Origin: Patescibacteria group bacterium
Lineage (GTDB): Bacteria > Patescibacteriota > UBA1384 > 2-12-FULL-50-11
Assembly: GCA_016861245.1 (NCBI GenBank)
Contig: BOKZ01000001.1
Coordinates: 188,347-252,346 of the forward strand
Reading direction: 5' to 3'
Length of the DNA: 64,000 bases
A program made the translations under genes and the position numbers. The notes beneath the pieces were generated by a model. That model was not told the DNA's origin. It worked only from the letters and a program-made list of their open reading frames with translations, and did not search any database. Within the stretch, counting starts at the first letter, position 1. Every line of letters begins with the position of its first letter. Shown in pieces: positions 57,713 through 64,000 of the stretch.

Positions 57713-59025
57713 CAGTCTGCTCCGTACCTCTTGGCGCCGTTAAACTTATGAGTGGTTAGTGGTCGCTCTTTAATCGTTGTGGTCTGAGAGGACGAGTCGA
57801 TAATCTTACCGTTGCCGATATAGATTCCGACGTGGTCAAATAAGGCGCCAGCGTATCGTCGTTGGGCGCGACTACCGTTCCCAAACCAGACGATGTCCCC
57901 TGGCCGCATCACGCCCTCGTTGATCCGCTCGTTACTAGCAGTCTCAGCTCGGTCAATCACAAGTCTTAATACTTTATTGTTCCAAAGAGCGGTAGTGGTC
58001 CCGACAATTGCGTTTGGTACGCCAGATTCCCATAAAGTTGTGGACGAGAACGAGGCACAGGCTAGCTTATCTGGCGCACCAGTTATCCGACAGAAGTTAC
58101 CAGTAGGCTCGCCGACATGGGTTTTGGCGTTAGCTACGATCCATGTTCCAAACGGCAACGTGCCCTCGAACTCCAACATTTTTTTCTGCAAATCGTCGCG
58201 AATCTTCATCCGCTCAACTTTATTAGAGGTTTTAAGGAGAGAGTCTAAGATCGGTGTGAACTCTACGATCTTGGCATCAATTGCGGCGACTTTATTCGCG
58301 GAGTGCTTCTGAGCGTTGCCTTTAATCCGTTGATAGCGATCCTTCTCGTCCTCAACAACCTCTTTTACTGTTTTATCGTTTGCGATCTTATCGCCCGATA
58401 ACGCTGAGAGTAGTGTAGCCTGTTCTTGTTGCGAAACGCTGGTCGGATATCGCGCTGGTCCCTTGCCAGTGTCACCACTAAATGAGAAGAGGGCAACGAT
58501 AATGAGAACTATAATTATCACTAGCAGGATAATCCCAACCGCTAGCCACACATACGGATTTTTAGCGAGAAGCTGAGTTACTAGCTTTTTTATCGCTTGA
58601 CCGATCGCTTTACCTGCTTGTTTGGCGGCCTTTTTCGTTGCTTCGCCAGCGGCTCGAGCCGCTGCTCGGGCGCTTCGCTCACCCGCCTTTACCGGTTGTT
58701 GTTCAACTCTTTTGGCAGCGCTTTGTTCGGCATTTTTAGAGACGGTCTTTTGGGCGACTTGTCGGCCGGACTTTACCTCCTCGGCAATCTGCTGAGAACG
58801 CTCTAGTTCCTTCTGATGCAACTCCTGACGCTTAGTCGCCTCTATCGGGTCCGTTTTAGTTGGCGACTCAGTGCTGCGGCGCTGTCTAATCTCATCCCAG
58901 ACTTGTTGAAGATCAGGCTCGGATTCTTCTTGTTCATTAAGCTGTCCGACGAGCTCCTCTGGGGTATCGTCGAACTCCTCTTCTGGTGTTAGTGGTGGTG
59001 GTGTTTTTGGATCCCCTCCGGCCAT
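57712..59025 (-). CDS. Membrane-anchored NlpC/P60 cell-wall peptidase (VirB1-like role)
   Basis: Charged N-terminus, TM, LACASF (Cys), PGDIVWF, HVGIYIGNG. Confidence 0.88.
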   Translation of the reverse strand: MAGGDPKTPPPLTPEEEFDDTPEELVGQLNEQEESEPDLQQVWDEIRQRRSTESPTKTDPIEATKRQELHQKELERSQQIAEEVKSGRQVAQKTVSKNAEQSAAKRVEQQPVKAGERSARAAARAAGEATKKAAKQAGKAIGQAIKKLVTQLLAKNPYVWLAVGIILLVIIIVLIIVALFSFSGDTGKGPARYPTSVSQQEQATLLSALSGDKIANDKTVKEVVEDEKDRYQRIKGNAQKHSANKVAAIDAKIVEFTPILDSLLKTSNKVERMKIRDDLQKKMLEFEGTLPFGTWIVANAKTHVGEPTGNFCRITGAPDKLACASFSSTTLWESGVPNAIVGTTTALWNNKVLRLVIDRAETASNERINEGVMRPGDIVWFGNGSRAQRRYAGALFDHVGIYIGNGKIIDSSSQTTTIKERPLTTHKFNGAKRYGAD

Positions 59026-59027
59026 TT

Positions 59028-61649
59028 TTACTCACTTATTCCGTAGAGCTCTAATAATTGCTTTGGATCGGTGGTGATAATCTGGTCTTCGGTGTACGAC
59101 GATACGATTTGAATGGCAGCGCGATTATTACCAGCGAAGAACAACCCCTGCCCAACCTCAGCTTCAGTCAAAAAGAACTTTTCGCCATCAGTAAGCTTGA
59201 AGGTCTCCGCAATTTTATCGATGGCGGAGGTAGATTGTCCAAGTAGTAGTTGCGTCGAAGAGTTGTTAACGACCGACCGACCGTAGTTGGAGCTCAAAAA
59301 ATCCTCAACGTCTTGGCTAATAACAGTTAAACCGAGGTAGTATTTACGCGCGCGTTTAGCGATCGCATTAACAAACTTCGCCGAATCTTCGTAGCGCATC
59401 ATAATCCAGCCCTCGTCTAGAATCATCATCCGTTTCTTGAGATCGCTTTTAACGCGGCTCCAGATGTAATTTAACGCCATATACATCGCGATCGGCCGCA
59501 GCTCCTCTTCCATATCCCGAATCGAGAAGACGGTGACTTTATTGTTCATATCGATATTAGTTTGGGCGTTGAAGAGACTGGCAAAGCTCCCGTCGGTGTA
59601 TTTAGCGAGCCGGTTCACGAGCGACTCGGTACCCGTCATATTTTGTAGGACTGTCGTAAGGTCGCTCAGTGTGGGGGGAGTATTTGAGTGGGTGGCGGCG
59701 TCGGTGGTGATGTCGCGAAGGGCGTACGTTTCGTAGAGCGCTTTATCCAGTAGGTTATCTTCCTCTGGGGATAGGCTTCCTGCCATTAGCGCGACCAGTC
59801 CATGAACTGACGTCACTGTGGCACGCAGGAGCTGCTCGCCGGTCTCGTCGCTTCCTTCTCGATACTTTGGCAGATCGAATGGGTTAATTTTTTGCTGCGA
59901 GTTGAGCGAGAGGTTAATGTAGGTGCCGCCGACAGCTTCTGCTAAAGATTTGTACTCATTTTCTGGGTCGATCACGATTACTTCAGAGCCAAGCATCAGC
60001 GATCTAATCGCTTCAAGCTTCACGGCGTACGATTTACCGGCACCGGATTTGGCGAAGACAACCTGATTAGCGTTCTCCATTTTGAAGCGGTCAAATAGTA
60101 CTAACGAGCTGTTATGGAGATTAATGCCGTACAGTACGCCGTCGTGGTGAGACAGCTCAGCTGAGGTAAACGGAAACGTTGTTGAGAGTGAAGCGGTGTC
60201 AAGATTTCGAACAACATCCAATTGGTCGTCGCCGAGCGGTAATGTCGAATTAAAGCCCTGCTCCATCTGTAGGAGCGCTTGTTTGGTGTAAATTAGCTGC
60301 CCACCTAGGATCGCCTCGAATTGCTTAGACATTTTATTTAGTTCGTCGATCGAGGTGGCGTACAAAGTGAAGTAAAGACTCATCTGGAAAAGCCGAGTCT
60401 CACCTTTTTGTAATGTGTCGCGAAGCTCTTCGATATCGCCGACGGCAGTCTCAAGTTCGGGATTTCTCACAAGTCCTTTTTCAGCTTCTATCTGTAAGCT
60501 CGACTGGAGCTGCGTAGTTTTTCGACGAAGTTGTCCGAGCAATACGTTCGTCTCGATCGGGTAAATAAACATACTAATGTCGAGCGTTGCGTCGTAGTTA
60601 ATAATCGGTGAAAGCCAGTTTGCCTGTAAGTATCGCGGGTACGTGTAGACAAACAGCGTTCGAACAAAGAAGCTGCCGAGCTGGATGTAGTTCGGTGTGA
60701 TATTCATACCGCCTGGTGCGATAATGTCTAACACACTAGCTACACCTTGACGTAACACCTCATCGGTACTCGTTGGGTCGCTATGCTTGACGCCCAACTT
60801 GCCGAATATCTCACTGACGGTGGTCTTTTTCATCGCCGACGGGTTGGCTAGTTCGATCTCCTCCTTAGTCGGAGCGTTTGCCGTTTTTTCTGGGTTTGGT
60901 GCCGCTTGCGCTTGTTGTAACTTAACGTCGGATTGCGGTGCGTTTTTGTTTGTCGCCTCTTCGAGCAACTTTTGGCCGTGCTCCAAGATTGGGGCTGTAA
61001 ACTGTTCGGGGTCTTTCAGATGCTGGGTATACGATTCTTCTGGGTTATAGGTGTTATAAAAGAGCTCAATAATCTCTTTAGTATCTAGCTCTTTAGTTGT
61101 AACGCCGAGCGAGTTTAAGCGACCGCTAATTGTGCGCGATCGCTCCTCGAGTATTTCTTTATAACCTTTAAATTCGTCGTCACTAATTGCAGTAACGCCG
61201 ACTTTCTTTCGTTTTAATACTTTGTCGATAAGCGTTTCGTTCTCGACAGCGCCTTTAGCGGTGTGACTGATAACGATGTAGATCGACTTCTCCATAATGT
61301 TAATCTGCTCACTCAGGGTTTTGACGAAATCTAAGTAGTCCTTAGCTTGCCTTTGGAGTAATTCATTAATCTCGCCGGCACTAGCGCGTTCGACTTTATC
61401 GATATACGCCGCTAAGTCGACTCGCCGCGACTGAACGACGATTTCTACGGGAAATTTCAGCGAATTTAAAAAACTTTGATACTGATAGATAGCCACTTCT
61501 TTCTCGTTCTCGCTTTTCAAATCGAAGTTAACTGGCACGGCTTTAATTACTTTTCGTAGGCGTCCGTCTTTGAGGATGATAATACCGTCTCGAATTCGTT
61601 CGATCTGCAAATACTTTTGTGTTGGAGCAACTAGTGGTTTTTTCGCCAT
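59028..61649 (-). CDS. VirB4-like (TraC/DUF87) ATPase with an extra N-terminal TraC-like domain
   Basis: LYGIN, AKSGAGKS (Walker A), IDPENEY, INPFD, MILDEGW (Walker B), KRARKY, ISQD. Confidence 0.9.
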   Translation of the reverse strand: MAKKPLVAPTQKYLQIERIRDGIIILKDGRLRKVIKAVPVNFDLKSENEKEVAIYQYQSFLNSLKFPVEIVVQSRRVDLAAYIDKVERASAGEINELLQRQAKDYLDFVKTLSEQINIMEKSIYIVISHTAKGAVENETLIDKVLKRKKVGVTAISDDEFKGYKEILEERSRTISGRLNSLGVTTKELDTKEIIELFYNTYNPEESYTQHLKDPEQFTAPILEHGQKLLEEATNKNAPQSDVKLQQAQAAPNPEKTANAPTKEEIELANPSAMKKTTVSEIFGKLGVKHSDPTSTDEVLRQGVASVLDIIAPGGMNITPNYIQLGSFFVRTLFVYTYPRYLQANWLSPIINYDATLDISMFIYPIETNVLLGQLRRKTTQLQSSLQIEAEKGLVRNPELETAVGDIEELRDTLQKGETRLFQMSLYFTLYATSIDELNKMSKQFEAILGGQLIYTKQALLQMEQGFNSTLPLGDDQLDVVRNLDTASLSTTFPFTSAELSHHDGVLYGINLHNSSLVLFDRFKMENANQVVFAKSGAGKSYAVKLEAIRSLMLGSEVIVIDPENEYKSLAEAVGGTYINLSLNSQQKINPFDLPKYREGSDETGEQLLRATVTSVHGLVALMAGSLSPEEDNLLDKALYETYALRDITTDAATHSNTPPTLSDLTTVLQNMTGTESLVNRLAKYTDGSFASLFNAQTNIDMNNKVTVFSIRDMEEELRPIAMYMALNYIWSRVKSDLKKRMMILDEGWIMMRYEDSAKFVNAIAKRARKYYLGLTVISQDVEDFLSSNYGRSVVNNSSTQLLLGQSTSAIDKIAETFKLTDGEKFFLTEAEVGQGLFFAGNNRAAIQIVSSYTEDQIITTDPKQLLELYGISE

Positions 61650-61651
61650 CG

Positions 61652-62068
61652 TTATTGTTTTGTCTCCGGATTATCTAAAACACTTGCTAGCTCGTTAACC
61701 CGAATCGGATCGAGTGTTTTCTTTGGTTGTTGCTCAGCTTTTTTAGTTTGTTTTAATGGCTGGGATTGTTGCGCCGGAGTGTAATGCTGCCAAACTCGAG
61801 CTCGAGGCTGAGACATGTAGCGAACCATCGCCATAAAGAAAACAGGGAACGGCCGATCTTGTATCTTTATAAACGCCATGCAAAAACTAAACACTCCGAT
61901 TGGGATGGCTAAAATCCAAAAGAGAAAAGAGAAGCCACTTAGAACTAATTTGCTAAATAAAATATAGATAATTAGTCCGCCAAAAAGTAAGTAGAAAAAT
62001 TGGCTCAAGGTTAACGGACCAATAATTCGGTCCTGCATATCTATATTCTGAGGAACTTTAAATTGCAT
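61652..62068 (-). CDS. PrgI-family (VirB3-like) membrane protein
   Basis: QFKVPQNIDMQDRIIGPLTLSQF, two TM, KIQDRP...PRARVW; upstream of VirB4. Confidence 0.88.
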   Translation of the reverse strand: MQFKVPQNIDMQDRIIGPLTLSQFFYLLFGGLIIYILFSKLVLSGFSFLFWILAIPIGVFSFCMAFIKIQDRPFPVFFMAMVRYMSQPRARVWQHYTPAQQSQPLKQTKKAEQQPKKTLDPIRVNELASVLDNPETKQ

Positions 62069-62114
62069 TTCCCCCCATAGTTACAATCTACCGTATCAGT
62101 ATACTAGGCGCCAG

Positions 62115-62888
62115 CTAGCTACCGTACTGTTGTAAGTAGAGACCAGTTGCGGTGATTGCGGTTTCCTCGGAGACTTGTTTATTCTCTACCGCATCAAGCG
62201 CTTCAATAATGCGTTTTAGCCGAACTAAAAAGTTTAACTGTTCACCGAACATCTCAAATCGTTCGAGGGAGCCTGCTAAACCTAAGGATTCTAGCATCGC
62301 CACTAAACTATTTGGTATGGTGATATGGTTAAATGGCGGGTTATTGCCGTAGGCTGCTAACCCAGAAAAGAATTGTTCGATTCCACCGTAAAGAGCGAGG
62401 CGCTGCTCCTTTGTTGCCTGCTTTAGAGAGTTGTAGTAGGGAGCAACAAGCTCGAGGCTATTTTTGCGCTGGTAGTAGTTTGCGATGTTATCTTCCACCC
62501 TTTGATATAACGCTAGCTGCTCAAACACATTTTTTGTTATTGTGCTTTGTTTTAATTGACCGCCCGGCGCCACAATATTCGACTCTGTTGTTGGTATCGG
62601 CTGATCAATCCCAGTTCCGTATAAACTTCTAATAAATCCTTCCTGTTGTGTTCGATTAAGTTGTTCGCTGTTAAATAGATATTGTTCGCAAATAAACCTC
62701 CTACGCTCGGCCTGCTCATATCTAACTTGTGACAACGCGGACTCAAACAGCTCTTGTCTGATTTCGTCGCCAACCGAACCCAATAGCGTTTGGACCTGAG
62801 TAAAAATATCTCCGTCGCCGTAGTAAAGCAGCTGTTGGATTTGTAGGATAACCTGATCCTCGGTTTCGTTCCAAATTCGATCAGTCAT
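62115..62888 (-). CDS. Hypothetical helical protein
   Basis: 257-aa ORF overlapping the upstream stop; no motif. Confidence 0.6.
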   Translation of the reverse strand: MTDRIWNETEDQVILQIQQLLYYGDGDIFTQVQTLLGSVGDEIRQELFESALSQVRYEQAERRRFICEQYLFNSEQLNRTQQEGFIRSLYGTGIDQPIPTTESNIVAPGGQLKQSTITKNVFEQLALYQRVEDNIANYYQRKNSLELVAPYYNSLKQATKEQRLALYGGIEQFFSGLAAYGNNPPFNHITIPNSLVAMLESLGLAGSLERFEMFGEQLNFLVRLKRIIEALDAVENKQVSEETAITATGLYLQQYGS

Positions 62889-64000
62889 CTTTCTTCGGAG
62901 TCTTTCCTAGATGTGAGGCTGGGGTGCCAGAAATTGAGTCGTGGGATAGTACGGCGTTTTTCATATCTTGTGTGGATAGCTTCTTATCCTTATCACCACT
63001 AAATAGTTTCGACTGGAATTCATCAAAATTATCAAACGTGTGTTCTTCGCCAGTTGTTCTGCTCTTAACAACGATTGGTTTCTCGCCATCTTTCATAATC
63101 ATGCTAGCGAGTTCCCGCAGTGCTTCTGGGCTTCGAGTGTCGCGCTGATTTTTGCCGATATCTTTTAGCGCTTGGATGTTTTTAATTAACGTGTTTTGGA
63201 ACTTTGCATCCATTCCAATTGTGTCGCTGTTAAAGAACTTCTTTTTAAGATTGGCGCGTTCAGTCTCGTTAAGATCCTTAAGGCCTTCGTTGATATCCTT
63301 AAGGATACTTTTAACGCTCCCATCGGCGAGCGTGTCCTCGTTCTGAGCTTTAATCCCTTCATTAAAGGCCTTGGCCTGCCGTTTCTCCTCAGCCTTCACC
63401 AGAGTCGAGAAGGTTTTATCGGTTTGATATTTCTGTACCATATCTTCGGCGCTCATGCCAGCCAAGTCGTCGTGACCGACCTTAAGCTTCTCTAGGTCTG
63501 CTAATAACTCGGAGTGGTAAGATTTCCAGAAAGTTAAATCGCCCTTTTCTTCATCGGTTCGTTCGGCCTCTGGTTTCTTCTCGATCTTGTCGATTTCTCC
63601 AGCGATATCGCCAGCCTCTCGAAGTTTACTAATAACGTCCTTGCGCCCCGTTGTGTAGATGCCAGTAACTTCACGCTCAGCGCTCTGTACTGCGTCAGCA
63701 AATGCTTTGTCTTTAGAACTTGCTGCCGCGAATTGCTCCATGAGTTTCTTGTTGTCATCGTTTTTAGTAAAGGCAACTCTTTTTCTATTCATCTCTATCT
63801 TTTCTCGAGCCTCTTCCAAGCCTTTGTTGTAGGCAGAGGATATTTGGCGCTCCGGCAGGGAACCGCCTCGGCGCTGCAGTCGGTCTAGGAAATTGGCAAG
63901 CTTGCCCTCCCCAGCCTTTGTGTTCGCCTTAGCTTGTTCGGCTGCCAAGTAGTTAGATAACTCCTCGCCGCGTTTGGTTGTGCGAGCGAATTTCCGATAA
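62881..64000 (-). CDS. C-terminal charged helical part of a large protein, truncated by the window edge (possibly a VirB6-like tail)
   Basis: Frame stays open to the window end, beyond the track's TTG 63948; K/E/D-rich; VirB6 identity rests on context only. Confidence 0.5.
   Translation of the reverse strand, partial: YRKFARTTKRGEELSNYLAAEQAKANTKAGEGKLANFLDRLQRRGGSLPERQISSAYNKGLEEAREKIEMNRKRVAFTKNDDNKKLMEQFAAASSKDKAFADAVQSAEREVTGIYTTGRKDVISKLREAGDIAGEIDKIEKKPEAERTDEEKGDLTFWKSYHSELLADLEKLKVGHDDLAGMSAEDMVQKYQTDKTFSTLVKAEEKRQAKAFNEGIKAQNEDTLADGSVKSILKDINEGLKDLNETERANLKKKFFNSDTIGMDAKFQNTLIKNIQALKDIGKNQRDTRSPEALRELASMIMKDGEKPIVVKSRTTGEEHTFDNFDEFQSKLFSGDKDKKLSTQDMKNAVLSHDSISGTPASHLGKTPKKDD

Overview
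Chromosomal window from a small-genome bacterium, most likely Patescibacteria/CPR. This is inferred from CPR-style VirB2-like pilins, a PrgI/VirB4 locus, the gene content and many leaderless genes; TGA is used as a stop, so code 11 applies. Left to right: vapBC, groEL-groES, a secreted NAGPA-like protein, a three-hairpin non-coding element, trpS, two Cys-rich microproteins, PMM/PGM, VanW, a K+-independent H+-PPase, and a GT4/2x Wzy_C/Wzx cluster. Then an adjacent dockerin-enzyme and membrane-anchored cohesin pair, an AT-rich glycan island (WbpB/E/D/I-like, GT-C-like, GT2/GT4, flippase), four tRNAs with tRNA-linked repeats (three Ser, one unusual Arg-GCG), PilB, four VirB2-like pilins with an orphan solute-binding protein, Hsp20 and ComF. 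The right end holds the yidC-yidD-rnpA-rpmH-dnaA-oriC-dnaN-recF origin block and an adjacent T4SS-like operon (PrgI, fused VirB4, NlpC/P60, a 1429-aa giant, M23). Best candidates for new biology: (1) the giant protein, which seems to be a Zn LAS/M15 peptidase split by a ~1200-aa helical repeat insertion, one of three wall hydrolases in an origin-linked T4SS-like operon; (2) the cohesin-dockerin surface display pair. All family calls come from motif reading, not database searches.
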